Under the pieces are notes generated by a model. It had not been told where the DNA came from and did no database searches. It saw nothing but the letters and a program-made list of their open reading frames with translations. The translations under genes were made by a program, and so were the position numbers. Shown piece by piece: positions 39,954-50,619 of a stretch of DNA of 64,000 nucleotides. Origin of the DNA: a bacterium (GTDB lineage: Bacteria; UBA8248); assembly GCA_965221165.1 (NCBI GenBank), contig CBDCRP010000003.1, positions 1,568,001 through 1,632,000 on the forward strand, given 5' to 3'. Within the stretch, counting starts at the first letter, position 1, and each line of letters begins with the position of its first letter.

Positions 39954-41153
39954 TCATCTCTCCACCAGCGATATGCGCCGGTTGTACCAGTTCATGTAGA
40001 GCGAGATCAGCAAACTGAAGGTGAGATACACCACCACGCACATGGCGATGATCTCGATGGCTTGGCCGGTCTGGTTCAGCGAGATGCCGCCGAAGACGTT
40101 GAACAGATCGGGATAGCCGATGGCGATGCCGAGCGAGGAGTTTTTCATCAGGTTCAGGTACTGGCTCACCAGCGGCGGCACGATGACCCGGAGCGCCTGG
40201 GGAATGATGACGAGCCTGAGCGTCGGCCCCGGCCGGACCCCCAGCGAATAGGCGGCTTCCTGCTGGCCGCGCGAGACGGCGAGAATGCCGGCGCGGACGA
40301 TTTCGGCGATGAACGAAGACGTGTAGACCGTGAGCGCGGCCAGCGAAGCGAACAGCTCTATCTGGAGTTCGAGGCCGCCCGTGAAGTCGAACCGGCCCAG
40401 TTCTGCGTATTCCCAGGTCAGCGGAAAACCCGCTGCGGCCGAGGCGAGCAGCGGCGCGCCGGTGAGGACGCCGAGCGACGCCCAGAACACGGGGAACTGC
40501 TCCCCGGTCGCGTCCTGGCGCCTGCGCGCCCATTTTTTGAGATAGACGACCGCCGCGATAGCGAGGAAAACCGATATCACGACCACCGAGAAGCCCGGCT
40601 GAGGGATCGGCTTCGGGATCGTGAGGCCTCGGTTGTGGATATAAATCGTATCGAACAGCGGTATCGCCCGGCGCACCAGGGGGAGCGTCTGAAAGACGGC
40701 GAAGTGCCAGAACAGAAATTGCAGCAGCAGCGGCACGTTACGCACGCTCTCGATATAGACCCCCACCAGACGCGAGACCAGCCAGTTTTTCGAGAGCCTG
40801 AGCACGCCGAGGATGAAACCCAGAATCGTCGCCAGCACGATCCCCAAGACCGAGATGAGGAGCGTGTTGAGCAGGCCGACGATGAATACCGCGCCGTGGG
40901 TCGAGCCCGCCTCGACGGAGTAGGGGATGAGCGTGAGCGGAATCTCGAAGCCTGCCGGGTTATTGAGGAAATCGAACCCCGCCTTGATGTTTCGTTTCTC
41001 GAGATTGATGATCGTGTTGTGGATCAGGTAGACGCCAAGGCCGATGAGGGCCAGCACGAAGGCGACCTGGAACGCGATCGCCCGGAATTTGGGGTCATAC
41101 CACCAGCGGGCGGCGCTTGGCCTGCCGCCGCCGTCTTGAGAGTCTACCGCCAT
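39954..41153 (-). CDS. aapQ: Amino acid ABC transporter permease
   Basis: AEIVRAGILAVSRGQQEAA, YLNLMKNSSLGIAIGYPDL. Confidence 0.88.
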   Translation of the reverse strand: MAVDSQDGGGRPSAARWWYDPKFRAIAFQVAFVLALIGLGVYLIHNTIINLEKRNIKAGFDFLNNPAGFEIPLTLIPYSVEAGSTHGAVFIVGLLNTLLISVLGIVLATILGFILGVLRLSKNWLVSRLVGVYIESVRNVPLLLQFLFWHFAVFQTLPLVRRAIPLFDTIYIHNRGLTIPKPIPQPGFSVVVISVFLAIAAVVYLKKWARRRQDATGEQFPVFWASLGVLTGAPLLASAAAGFPLTWEYAELGRFDFTGGLELQIELFASLAALTVYTSSFIAEIVRAGILAVSRGQQEAAYSLGVRPGPTLRLVIIPQALRVIVPPLVSQYLNLMKNSSLGIAIGYPDLFNVFGGISLNQTGQAIEIIAMCVVVYLTFSLLISLYMNWYNRRISLVER

Positions 41154-41207
41154 TTCGAGCCCCCGGAGTGCGAAGTCGCCGGCGCGGTATCTTTGCTTCG
41201 AGAACGC

Positions 41208-41246
41208 GCCGCCCGGCCCCGGGGAAATCCCCGAGGCCGAAGCGGG
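41208..41246. other. GC-rich intergenic stem-loop after aapJ
   Basis: CGGCCCCGGGG-AAAT-CCCCGAGGCCG hairpin between the binding-protein and permease genes. Confidence 0.45.
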
Positions 41247-41272
41247 TTCATGTTACCGGTTCAAAAAGCAGA

Positions 41273-42298
41273 CTAGCGGAACGGAGGCGAGTAGAGAATG
41301 CCGCCGTTCGTCCACAGGTTGTTGTAGCCGCGCGCGAGGCCGATGGCCGTCTTGGGGCCGATGTGGCGCTCGTAGATCTCGGAGTAGTTGCCCACGCCCT
41401 TGATGACGTTGTAGGCCCAGTCCTTCGAGAGGCCGAGCATGCTGCCCAAGTCGCCTTCCTGACCGAGAAAGCGCTTGACCTCGGGGTTGTTCGATTTCTT
41501 CATGGCGTCGACGTTCTTGGAAGTGATGCCGAGTTCCTCGGCGACGATGAGCGCGTTGCGCACCCAGCGGGCGATGTCGCCCCATACGTTGTCGCCGTGG
41601 CGCACGACGGGGCCGAGAGGCTCCTTCGAGATGATTTCGGGCAGGACCACGTGCGCGTCCGGGTTCTTGAGCACGGAGCGCTGGGCCGCGAGGCCGGAGC
41701 GGTCCGTCGTGTAGGCGTCGCAGCGGTTGGCGGCGTAGTTCTGGCGCGCCTCGGCCGCGTCCTCGACGACGACCGATTTGAACTTCATCTTGTTGCTGCG
41801 GAAATAGTCGGCCAGATTGAGTTCGGTCGTGGTGCCCGTCTGGATGCAGACCGAAGCGCCGGCGAGTTCCCTGGCGCTCTTGACGCCGAGGGACTTGCGG
41901 GTGATGAAGCCCTGGCCGTCGTAATACATCACGCCCACGAACTCGAAGCCCAGGTTCACGTCGCGCTTGAAGGTCCACGTCGTGTTGCGCGAGAGGACGT
42001 CGATCTCACCGGATTGAAGCGCCGGGAAGCGCGTCTTGCCGGTCAGCGGCTTGTAGGTCACCTTGTCGGGATTGCCGAAAACAGCGGCGCTGATACCGCG
42101 GCAGTAATCGACGTCGAAACCCCTCCAGACGCCCTTGTCGTCGGGTGCGGAGAAACCAGTGAGGCCGGTGTTGACGCCGCAAATGAGCTGGCCGCGCTTT
42201 TTCACCGTCTCCAGCGTCGGGCTGGCGGCGAACGCGGCGCTTGCGATTACCGCCACGACGGCGAACGCGCAAAGTGCGGAAAGTAAATGCTTTTTCAT
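41273..42298 (-). CDS. aapJ: Amino acid ABC transporter substrate-binding protein
   Basis: Signal peptide, GFDVDYCR, LSRNTTWT, GTTTELNLADYF, ISKEPLGP, YSPPFR. Confidence 0.9.
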   Translation of the reverse strand: MKKHLLSALCAFAVVAVIASAAFAASPTLETVKKRGQLICGVNTGLTGFSAPDDKGVWRGFDVDYCRGISAAVFGNPDKVTYKPLTGKTRFPALQSGEIDVLSRNTTWTFKRDVNLGFEFVGVMYYDGQGFITRKSLGVKSARELAGASVCIQTGTTTELNLADYFRSNKMKFKSVVVEDAAEARQNYAANRCDAYTTDRSGLAAQRSVLKNPDAHVVLPEIISKEPLGPVVRHGDNVWGDIARWVRNALIVAEELGITSKNVDAMKKSNNPEVKRFLGQEGDLGSMLGLSKDWAYNVIKGVGNYSEIYERHIGPKTAIGLARGYNNLWTNGGILYSPPFR

Positions 42299-42533
42299 TC
42301 TGATTTCCCCCCTCGTGGGCCCTCACGGGCATCAAGAAAATGAAGAAACTTGCCCCCTGACATGTCGCAAATAGGGAGAGGAAAAAATAACATGATGGAG
42401 ATGCTCTGCACAACTATTTTTTTGGAGCTTGTGGCAGAAGGGGTGGTAGGGTTTCTGAAAACAGCGGGGAAGGATGACGGGGAAGCGCACTGGCGGTACT
42501 TGCCTGAGCCCATCAGAAATCTTTACAGGGCGC

Positions 42534-42812
42534 TCAAGCGGGCGCGCGAAGCCGAATACCCAAGGCGCGCATGACCTTGAGAACGGTGGCGAACTCCGGG
42601 TTTCCTTCGGGAGAGAGCGCCTTGTAGAGGCTCTCCCTGCCCAGACCGGCCTCGTCCGCAACCTTCGTCATCCCCTTGGCCCTCGCGGCGTCGCCCAACG
42701 CAGCCGCGATAAGCGCCGGGTCGCCGTCCTCGAAAGCCGCTTCGAGATAGAGAGCGATATCCTCCTTGGTTTCGAGATAATCCGCCGCATCCCACGGCTT
42801 GGTTTGACACAT
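42534..42812 (-). CDS. Addiction-module antidote protein (HI1420-like)
   Basis: WDAADYLET, ARAKGMTKVA..GLGRESLYKALS..GNP. Confidence 0.85.
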   Translation of the reverse strand: MCQTKPWDAADYLETKEDIALYLEAAFEDGDPALIAAALGDAARAKGMTKVADEAGLGRESLYKALSPEGNPEFATVLKVMRALGIRLRAPA

Positions 42813-42871
42813 TCACTTTCTCCTATCGTTTCCGCGCATCAGGACTGCGGGATATTACCACAACTCCTCCC

Positions 42872-43945
42872 CTACTCCCGGATTTTCTCGATGACGCTCA
42901 GCGTCTGCGCGCCGGGGGTGGGAATCCACATGGATTTTTGCCCTTCGCCTCCCCCGACGATGAGGATGAGGGCGTCCGCGTGGGTGAGGATGGGAACGGA
43001 GGCGTCGGGGTCCGTTCTGTCCACCCAGACGGGGAAGGCGGGGCCTTTCGATTTTCCGCGAACGCCCACGTGCTTCCAGGGCTTTCTCGCCTTCTCGAAG
43101 AGGTATCGCTTCACGTCCGCCTTGCTCCAGCCCGCCCGTGCGATGTAGGCGGCGTGCTCGGGGGCCATGACGAGGACGGGTTCTCCCTGGGAGGAGAGAT
43201 TGTTCCCGCCCAGCGTCGCCATCGAATCCGCGTAGCCGAAGAGAAGGGCGTGCGGGTCGGTGTTGTAGTTATCCGTGATGCAGTGGGGCGACTCGCCGCA
43301 CATGAGAGTGACGGTGCTCTCCCCGGGCGCGAAGCCGCGCTCCACGTGATAAGGCTCCCAGGGATTCGCGTCTTCATTCTCGGCGATGCAGTAGGTGTAT
43401 TTCCCCGGATGGGCGTGTTGGGCGCGGTCCACCTCGCCGGGGACGGCGCCCCCTAAATTGATGAGGCAAAGCCTGAGCGCGCGGCCAATCGTCGCGTTCG
43501 CCCGCCAGCCGGGGCCGAAAAGGCCCGAGCCGGAGTTTATCTTGAGTCGTCTGGCGATGGGGCCGTTCACGATGATGAGCGCAGTGGCGGGGTGCGTCGT
43601 CGTCTGGCGGTGGCTGAGTCCATAGCGCGGCTTGGTGATAGCGGAAAGAGCAGCGACGACGACGGGCAGATACTTAGGTAAGCAGCCCGCCATCACGGCG
43701 TTCACCGCTATGGCGTGGACCGTCGCCACTCCCATCAGGGGAGGAACCTCGGCGATTTCCTCATCAGGCTCCCCCCGCCAGCCGGCCAGCAGGTTCTCCA
43801 CGCGCTCGCTCGTGGGAGGGACGATGGGCAGTCCGTCCGTCCAGCCGCGCTCGTAGAAATAGGCGTTCACCTCATCGAGGGATCCTGCGATCGGCAAAAT
43901 CCGCCTGCCCGCCTCCGGAAAGGGGTTTTCGACGTTCCCGGCCAA
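42872..43945 (-). CDS. Conserved hypothetical protein, partner of the UGSC-family protein
   Basis: GWTDGLPIVPPT, AVNAVMAGC, RANATIGRA, HPGKY..AENE. Confidence 0.8.
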   Translation of the reverse strand: MAGNVENPFPEAGRRILPIAGSLDEVNAYFYERGWTDGLPIVPPTSERVENLLAGWRGEPDEEIAEVPPLMGVATVHAIAVNAVMAGCLPKYLPVVVAALSAITKPRYGLSHRQTTTHPATALIIVNGPIARRLKINSGSGLFGPGWRANATIGRALRLCLINLGGAVPGEVDRAQHAHPGKYTYCIAENEDANPWEPYHVERGFAPGESTVTLMCGESPHCITDNYNTDPHALLFGYADSMATLGGNNLSSQGEPVLVMAPEHAAYIARAGWSKADVKRYLFEKARKPWKHVGVRGKSKGPAFPVWVDRTDPDASVPILTHADALILIVGGGEGQKSMWIPTPGAQTLSVIEKIRE

Positions 43946-43957
43946 GTTCCACCTCCC

Positions 43958-44563
43958 CTACTTCGGGCAAAGATTCTCAGGACCTCTGAATTTCTTCTCC
44001 CTGTATTCGGCCCGGAGCGCTCCTGCATCGCCCGAGAGCGCGTGGACGACTTCTTCCACTATGGCGTCCGCCTTGGGGTGAAGCGCCTCTCTCTCAGGTG
44101 CTGCGAGGGGATGGTCCATCTCGACGATGGGCAGGCCGTAGTATCCCTGTCTTCTCGCTATCGCCCGGGCGCTATGGCTGAAGCCCCGGCTCACGATGAC
44201 GCAGGCGGGGCTTCCCAGCCTCTCAAGCTCCACCGCGTCACGGACACTCCACGACGTGGAGGAGCCTCAGTGGCCCACGCCGAGGAGAACGACGGCGCAG
44301 CGCGCGTTCAATTCCTCCAGGATTTCAGGGGATGCCGCCTGGGCGAGATGGTGCTTGCGGCGCTGGACGACCTCCTTGATTCCAGCCGACGCCCGCAATT
44401 GCTCGCGCACCCTGTCCAGCACCCAGTCGGAGAATTCCTTGTTGTTCTCCAAGACTCCGAGAACCATTCCTTTCAGCGTCCCGGGTCTGGGTTTCAGAGC
44501 CTCATCCGGTATTCTGGGAATGCCTGCGGGGGAGATGACGTCCGTATATATCTCCTCGTTCAT
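43958..44563 (-). CDS. UGSC-family selenoprotein (in-frame UGA at 44267-44269)
   Basis: Two in-frame ORFs join as GVGH-U-GSSTSWSVRDAVELERLG; hairpin CTCCAC-GTC-GTGGAG right after UGA; selA/selB present. Confidence 0.8.
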
Positions 44564-44586
44564 CGGATTCTCCAGGCCCCGGTGCT

Positions 44587-45393
44587 CTATCTGCCCGTGA
44601 AGACGGGCTTTCTCTTCTCCATGAACGCCGTGCGGCCCTCTTTGTAATCGGCGCTGTCGAAGCATTCTTTCGAGATTCTGGCGATCATCTCGAAATCGCG
44701 TTCCGCGCCGTCTTTCAACACCTCGCCGATGGTGAGCTTGGACGCCTTGACCGAAAGCGGCGCGTTATTCGCGATGGTGGAGGCCATATCCACCACGACG
44801 TCTTCTAGTTCATCCACGGGCACGACGTCGTTCAACAGCCCGATTTCGAGCGCTTTCGCCGCCGGGATGCGCCGGGCCGTGAAGAGGATCTCCTTCGCCT
44901 TCGCCGGCCCCACCAAATCGACGAGCTGCTTCAGGTTGTCGAAGCCATAGGCGATGCCCAGACGCCCGGCGGGGATGCCGAACTGCGAATCATCCGACGC
45001 CACCCGTATGTCGGCGTTAAGCGCGATGCCCAGCCCACCACCCAGGCAGTAGCCCTGAATCATGGCGATCAGAGGCTTTTTCATCCCCACCATGATCTCT
45101 TTGGCTTCTTCCGATATCCGCGTGTACTCGGCGGCCTGCTCGGCGTTGCTCCTGTTCTTCTCGAATTGGGAGATGTCCGCGCCCGATACGAACGCCTTAT
45201 CGCCCGCGCCCTTCATCACCACGACGCGGACGGCGTCGTCGGCCTCGAAATTTTCGAGTATCTCGGCGATGGCCCCCCACATCTCGAGCGAGAGCGCGTT
45301 TCTCCGCTCGGGGTTGTTGAAGATCATCCAGCCGATTCCCGCATCCACCTCGAAAGCCATTTTCTCCGTCGATAACTGCATTCCATGCTCCAT
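44587..45393 (-). CDS. Enoyl-CoA hydratase/isomerase family
   Basis: NNPERRNAL, AFVSGADI, CLGGG, EGRTAFMEKRKP. Confidence 0.9.
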   Translation of the reverse strand: MEHGMQLSTEKMAFEVDAGIGWMIFNNPERRNALSLEMWGAIAEILENFEADDAVRVVVMKGAGDKAFVSGADISQFEKNRSNAEQAAEYTRISEEAKEIMVGMKKPLIAMIQGYCLGGGLGIALNADIRVASDDSQFGIPAGRLGIAYGFDNLKQLVDLVGPAKAKEILFTARRIPAAKALEIGLLNDVVPVDELEDVVVDMASTIANNAPLSVKASKLTIGEVLKDGAERDFEMIARISKECFDSADYKEGRTAFMEKRKPVFTGR

Positions 45394-45424
45394 ACGTTGC
45401 GCCCCCGAGGGGGCAAGATTGTTT

Positions 45425-46612
45425 TCAGACGATGCCCTCATCGCGCAATCGATTTATCGCTTCCGTATCGTAGCCCATTTCCTTCAAAATCTCTTCCGTA
45501 TGCGCCCCCAACTCGGGCGTCGCACCACGCATCTTCTGCGGGGTGCGCCTGAGCTTCACCGCCTGGCCCACGATCTTGATGTGCCCCATCTCGGGATGCT
45601 CGACCTCGGGCGACATGTTCAGCCCCTTGACCTGCGGGTCGGCGAACGTCTGATCGACCGTGTAGATGGGCCCGCAGGGGATTCCCGCCTCGTTCAGGAT
45701 CTCAATCCACTCGGCGCCCGGCTTCATCCGCGTCCGGTGCGTGATGGCCTCGTGCAGCGCCTCGCGGTTTTCGTAGCGCTTCTCGAGGCTCGCATAGTCG
45801 GGATGTTCGATGAGTTCGGGCATTTCCAGGGCGCGCGCGAGGCGCTCCCAAAGATGCTGGGGGCCGGACTGGATGTTGATCCGCCCGTCTGCGGTCTCGA
45901 AAACGCCCGCAGGCAAAAAGGTGGGGTGGTTGTTTCCCTGCTGGGTGGGCACCTCCTCGAACAGCAGATATCGGGCGGCCTGAAAGTCCATCATCTGAAT
46001 CTGGGCTTCGAGCAGCGAAGTGTGCACCCATTGTCCCTCGCCCGATACCTCCCGCTCCAGCAGGGCGATGAGAAGCCCCTGCGCGAGCATGAAGCCCGCG
46101 GAGAGATCGGCAATCGGAATGCCCACCCGCATGGGGCCCTCCCCCGGCTTTCCGGTAACGGACATGAGGCCGCTCAGCCCCTGGGCGATCTGGTCCAGCC
46201 CCGGGCGTCTGCGATACGGGCCCTCCTGGCCGAAACCGGAGATGCTCCCATAGACGATGCGCGGGTTGACCGCGCGGCACGACTCGTAATCCACCCCCAG
46301 GCGGTGCTTCACGTCGGGCCGGTAGTTTTCGATCACGAGGTCGGCGTTTTGCACCATGCGGAAGAATATCTCGCGGCCTTTTTCCTCGCGCAGGTTGAGC
46401 GCCATGCTTCTCTTGTTGCGGTGCAGGTTTTGCGCCTCATAGCCGTTCCGGGGATTCATCATGTTGTCCGCATAGCCGCTCGAGAGAGGCGCTTCTATCT
46501 TGATGACGTCCGCCCCCCAGTCCGCGAACTGGCGAACCGCCGTGGGGCCGGCCCGCGCGCGGGTGAGATCGAGCACCTTGAAACGGGAAAGGGGTAGAGA
46601 ATTATCTTGCAC
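45425..46612 (-). CDS. CoA-transferase family III (CaiB/BaiF)
   Basis: VLDLTRARAGP, GADVIKIE, HRNKRS, ENYRP, SGFGQ; GTG start after GGGAG. Confidence 0.9.
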   Translation of the reverse strand: MQDNSLPLSRFKVLDLTRARAGPTAVRQFADWGADVIKIEAPLSSGYADNMMNPRNGYEAQNLHRNKRSMALNLREEKGREIFFRMVQNADLVIENYRPDVKHRLGVDYESCRAVNPRIVYGSISGFGQEGPYRRRPGLDQIAQGLSGLMSVTGKPGEGPMRVGIPIADLSAGFMLAQGLLIALLEREVSGEGQWVHTSLLEAQIQMMDFQAARYLLFEEVPTQQGNNHPTFLPAGVFETADGRINIQSGPQHLWERLARALEMPELIEHPDYASLEKRYENREALHEAITHRTRMKPGAEWIEILNEAGIPCGPIYTVDQTFADPQVKGLNMSPEVEHPEMGHIKIVGQAVKLRRTPQKMRGATPELGAHTEEILKEMGYDTEAINRLRDEGIV

Positions 46613-46778
46613 GAGCACACTCCCAGGAAAAATGAAATCGATTTGGAATACGGGATTTCTCCGCCCGTAAGGTATCAGAATCTTAAGCGTTTGCGCAGTC
46701 CGGGAGGGGTGAGTTTCACGATTTGGGAGCGCTACTGCCCCTCGGCGCGAAAGGGGCTTCAAGGAGAGTATTTTTCTC

Positions 46779-46855
<77 letters not shown>

Positions 46856-46947
46856 ATGAGGCGGCCTAGCGTACCACAACCCAATCTCGCACTGGAATCA
46901 AAGGGGAGAAAAGCCAAAATGAACGGGAGCCGACAGGCCCGCGCGCG

Positions 46948-49197
46948 TCAGGCGGGCGCCGGCTGCGCCGTTTGCCCGTTTCGCCTGCTGTGCTGATACC
47001 AGTACAAGGCGGCGAAAATCGCCACCGCCAGAAGCTGCACTACGGGGCGCGGACCGCCCGTGAAATCCGTGATGAGCGAGGGTCTGAACGCTGCGACGCA
47101 CACCACCATCAACACCGCCCGCTCGCCCCAGTTGCAATTATCGGCGAAATAGCCCTGAAGCGCAGACGCGAAGGCGAATATCGCCACAAGGGAGACAAAG
47201 CACACCCAGGCGATTTTCATCACGTCGTTGATCCAGATGATCTCGCCCTTGGGGCCGACGCCCTGCATCATCAACAACTCGAGGTTGTAGATGAACACGA
47301 AGGGCAGCACGGCGGTCCGCAAGTCATAGACGAAGCCCTGCACGCCCGTCTGGATGGGGTCTGACTTGGCTATCGCCGAGGCGGCGAACGCGGCGAGACC
47401 CACGGGCGGCGTGTCGTCGGCCAGGATGCCGAAATAAAAGACGAACAGATGGGCCGCGAGCAGCGGCACCACGAGGCCCGACTTGGCGCCCAGGCTCACG
47501 ATGACGGGCGCGGTGAGCGTCGCCATGACGATGTAGTTCGCCGTCGTGGGCAGGCCCATCCCCAGGACGAGGGAGCACAGCGCCGTGAGCAGGAGCATGA
47601 GCACCACGTTGCCCAGGGAGACGATTTCGATCAATTCGATGAAGCGGCCGCTCAGGCCCGTGAGGGTGACGGTGCCGACGATGATGCCCGCCGCCGCCGT
47701 CGCCACGCCGATGCCCATCATGTTCTTGGCCCCCGCCAGCATGCCCTGCCACACGTCGCCGAAACTCTCGCCGAAACCCGCTAGCACCCCGTGCCAGAGG
47801 CGATCTTCGAGTTCCTGGAAATGAGCCTCGCCGAACAACTCCCGCAGGTGGGCGACGTTCTTCTCCCGCTTCATGTCGCGCAGGACGGCGATGGTGTTTT
47901 GCATGGGACGCTGGACGACGATGATCGCCATGGTCAGCAGGATCGCGTTGAAAGCGGACGCCACGGCCGACATGCGCAGGATGACGAGCGTGTAGATCAG
48001 CGCCAGGATGGGAACGACGTAATGGATGCCGCTGATGAGCGTGTTCCAGAACAAGGGCAGCTCATCCGCTTCGAGCGGCCTCAAGTCGAGCTTGAGCGCT
48101 TCCAGGTGAACCACATAGAAAAGGGCGATGTAAGACAGCAGGGCCGGCAGTATCGCGGCGCGCACCACGTCGAGGTAGGCCAGACCCAGAAACTCCGCCA
48201 TGATGAACGCGGCGGCGCCCATCACCGGCGGCATGAGCTGTCCGTTCGTGCTCGCGCCCACCTCCACCGCGCCCGCCTTGTAGGCGGGCAGGCCCACTTT
48301 TTTCATCAAGGGAATCGTGAAGGTGCCCGTCGTCGCCACGTTCGCGATGGACGAGCCCGAGACCAGCCCCGTCATGCCCGAGGCGACGACGGCCGCCTTG
48401 GCGGGTCCGCCCCGGAAACGGCCCAGCGCCGCGAAGGCCACCTGCACGAAGTAGTTCGCCGCCCCCGCCTTGTCGAGCAGGGAGCCGAACAGCACGAAGA
48501 GGAACACGAAGCTCGTCGACACCCCGATGGGCACGCCCCAGATGCCGCTGTCGCTCAGATACATGTGGTCCACGACGAATTCGAGCGGAACGCCCGGGTG
48601 CGCGATAAACGAGGGCATGTAGGGACCCACGAAGCAATAGAGCAGGAACAGGATGGCGAGAATCGGTAGCGCGGGCCCGAGCGCGCGGCGCGCGGCCTCC
48701 AGCAATAGAACGACGAGAATCGCCCCTATGATGACGTCGCGCTGGATGGGAAGTCCCGAACGCTGGATGATGTTCACGTAGTCCCAGGCCATGTAAAACG
48801 CGCCCATGCCCGCAATGATCGCCAGCGCGTAGTCGTACCAAGGGATGACCTCTCGCGTGGGGCGATGGGGACGCATGAAGCCGGGGAAAACCTGGATCGA
48901 CACCTGCTGAATCCAGCCCTCGCCCGGTTTTTTCGTCCCCGGGAAGGCCAGATAGACCATCGTGATGGCGAAGGTGAGATGGATGCTTCTGGCGATGATG
49001 GAGTTCAGGGGGGTGTAGGCGATGTAGAGTTGAAAACAGGACCAGGAGATTGCCAGAACCGAGACGAGCCAGGCCGTGAGGTTTTTGGGCTGCCGCCCGC
49101 CGGATTCCGCCTCGGCGGCGATTTCCTCCGCCGCCCGCTTGGATTCTTCGTCGATCCCTGCCCCCAAAACGTCAGCGGAATCACCCGGCTCGCTCAT
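46948..49197 (-). CDS. TRAP transporter fused (4TM/12TM) permease
   Basis: GGPAKAAVVAS, GSSIANV, GQLMPPVMGAAAF, LGMGLPTTANY, ADDTPPV. Confidence 0.9.
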   Translation of the reverse strand: MSEPGDSADVLGAGIDEESKRAAEEIAAEAESGGRQPKNLTAWLVSVLAISWSCFQLYIAYTPLNSIIARSIHLTFAITMVYLAFPGTKKPGEGWIQQVSIQVFPGFMRPHRPTREVIPWYDYALAIIAGMGAFYMAWDYVNIIQRSGLPIQRDVIIGAILVVLLLEAARRALGPALPILAILFLLYCFVGPYMPSFIAHPGVPLEFVVDHMYLSDSGIWGVPIGVSTSFVFLFVLFGSLLDKAGAANYFVQVAFAALGRFRGGPAKAAVVASGMTGLVSGSSIANVATTGTFTIPLMKKVGLPAYKAGAVEVGASTNGQLMPPVMGAAAFIMAEFLGLAYLDVVRAAILPALLSYIALFYVVHLEALKLDLRPLEADELPLFWNTLISGIHYVVPILALIYTLVILRMSAVASAFNAILLTMAIIVVQRPMQNTIAVLRDMKREKNVAHLRELFGEAHFQELEDRLWHGVLAGFGESFGDVWQGMLAGAKNMMGIGVATAAAGIIVGTVTLTGLSGRFIELIEIVSLGNVVLMLLLTALCSLVLGMGLPTTANYIVMATLTAPVIVSLGAKSGLVVPLLAAHLFVFYFGILADDTPPVGLAAFAASAIAKSDPIQTGVQGFVYDLRTAVLPFVFIYNLELLMMQGVGPKGEIIWINDVMKIAWVCFVSLVAIFAFASALQGYFADNCNWGERAVLMVVCVAAFRPSLITDFTGGPRPVVQLLAVAIFAALYWYQHSRRNGQTAQPAPA

Positions 49198-49316
49198 TCA
49201 TTCACCCCTCAAACGATTACCTCACTTCGTTGAAAGATCGAAATTCGAATCACCACACGAAACCGGGGGGCGCTCGGCCCCCCGGCCCATGCGGCGGACG
49301 TTCGTCCGAAATTACG

Positions 49317-50285
49317 CTACTTCATCAAGCCTTTTTCCTTGTAATAACGCGTGGCGCCCGGATGGAAGGGAGCCGAGAGGCCCCCGAGCATGTCTTTCTT
49401 CGTCAGGTACTTGAACGCCGCGTGCGTGGCGCGGAGCTGGTCGAGATTATCGAAGATGGTCTTCACGACGTTGTAGACCACGTCGTTGGGCTGCTTGGAG
49501 CCGGTCACGAAGGTGGCCTTCACCGCGTAGGTGGGCACGTCCTTGTTGACGCCCTTGTAGATGCCGCCCGGGATGTTCGTCATCACGTAGTAGGGCTTGC
49601 CGGCCACGAGCTTCTGGATGCCCATGGAGTTCACGGGAATCATGCGAATAGCCGTGCTGTTGGAGATCTCGAGACCACCGCCCCAGGGGTTGCCGACGGT
49701 GTAGAAGAACGCGTCGATCTTCTTGTCCACCAGCGCGCGGTTCGCCCCGCCCTGCTGCAAGCCCTCGGCTTTGATGTCCTTGTTCTGGTCGATGCCGTAG
49801 ATGCGCAGAATGTCTGTAGCGTTTCCGCGCTGGCCGGAGCCGGGGTTGCCGATGTTGATGCGGCGTCCCTTGATGTCCGATACCTTCATGATGCCCGAAT
49901 CCGCGCGTGCGACGAGCATGATGGTTTCCGGGTGAACGCTGAAGACGCTCCTGAGACCCTTGTAGGCTTTGCCCTTCCAGTCGGCCGTGCCGTTATACGC
50001 CTGAAAGTTCCTGTCGGATTGGGCGACGCCGAAGTTCAGGAGACCGCGTTTGATGGCGTTGATGTTGAACACCGAACCCAGCGCGGGACGGCCGATGCAG
50101 TTATAACCCTTGCTCTTCAAGGTCTTGTTCACCAGCTTGCAGACGTTCAGCGCCACCTGGTAGTACACGCCCGTGGTGGATCCGCCGCCGACCACCAGGA
50201 ACTTCGCGGCGCTCGCCGGAACCGCGACGCCCGCGATCGAAACCGCCACGACGGAAGCGAGTATGAACTTCATTACTTTTTTCAT
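49317..50285 (-). CDS. TAXI-family TRAP substrate-binding protein
   Basis: Signal peptide, GVYY, GSVFN, AQSD, GNPGSG, PFHPGATRYY. Confidence 0.9.
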   Translation of the reverse strand: MKKVMKFILASVVAVSIAGVAVPASAAKFLVVGGGSTTGVYYQVALNVCKLVNKTLKSKGYNCIGRPALGSVFNINAIKRGLLNFGVAQSDRNFQAYNGTADWKGKAYKGLRSVFSVHPETIMLVARADSGIMKVSDIKGRRINIGNPGSGQRGNATDILRIYGIDQNKDIKAEGLQQGGANRALVDKKIDAFFYTVGNPWGGGLEISNSTAIRMIPVNSMGIQKLVAGKPYYVMTNIPGGIYKGVNKDVPTYAVKATFVTGSKQPNDVVYNVVKTIFDNLDQLRATHAAFKYLTKKDMLGGLSAPFHPGATRYYKEKGLMK

Positions 50286-50619
50286 TGGATATTCTCCTTC
50301 AGTGGGGTGAGGTGGATAATGGACTGACCAAGTATGGCTGATGAGTTTTTCCTTTGTGTAAACGTCATCCACAGGTGCTCCTCGTGGATGGCGAATCTCA
50401 GGGAAAACCTCAACTATCGGCCTTTGCCGATTCTTTGTTCTCGGTATGATTGCCCAATCCAAGGATAATGAGCGAAAAACCTGATGTCAACAAGAAACTA
50501 AATGCCGGCAAGCCATTTTCACCTCTTTGGGGTATCCTCATCGCCTGAAGGAACTCTGTTTCCGGCATGTCCGCCGATAAGGACGGGTGTGGCCTCATCT
50601 ATCCATTCGGGGTTGCGGG

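Noticed and set aside
42350-42574. Short + strand ORF between aapJ and the antitoxin
   Set aside because: No recognisable family and overlaps the antitoxin antisense; may be a relic but cannot be supported
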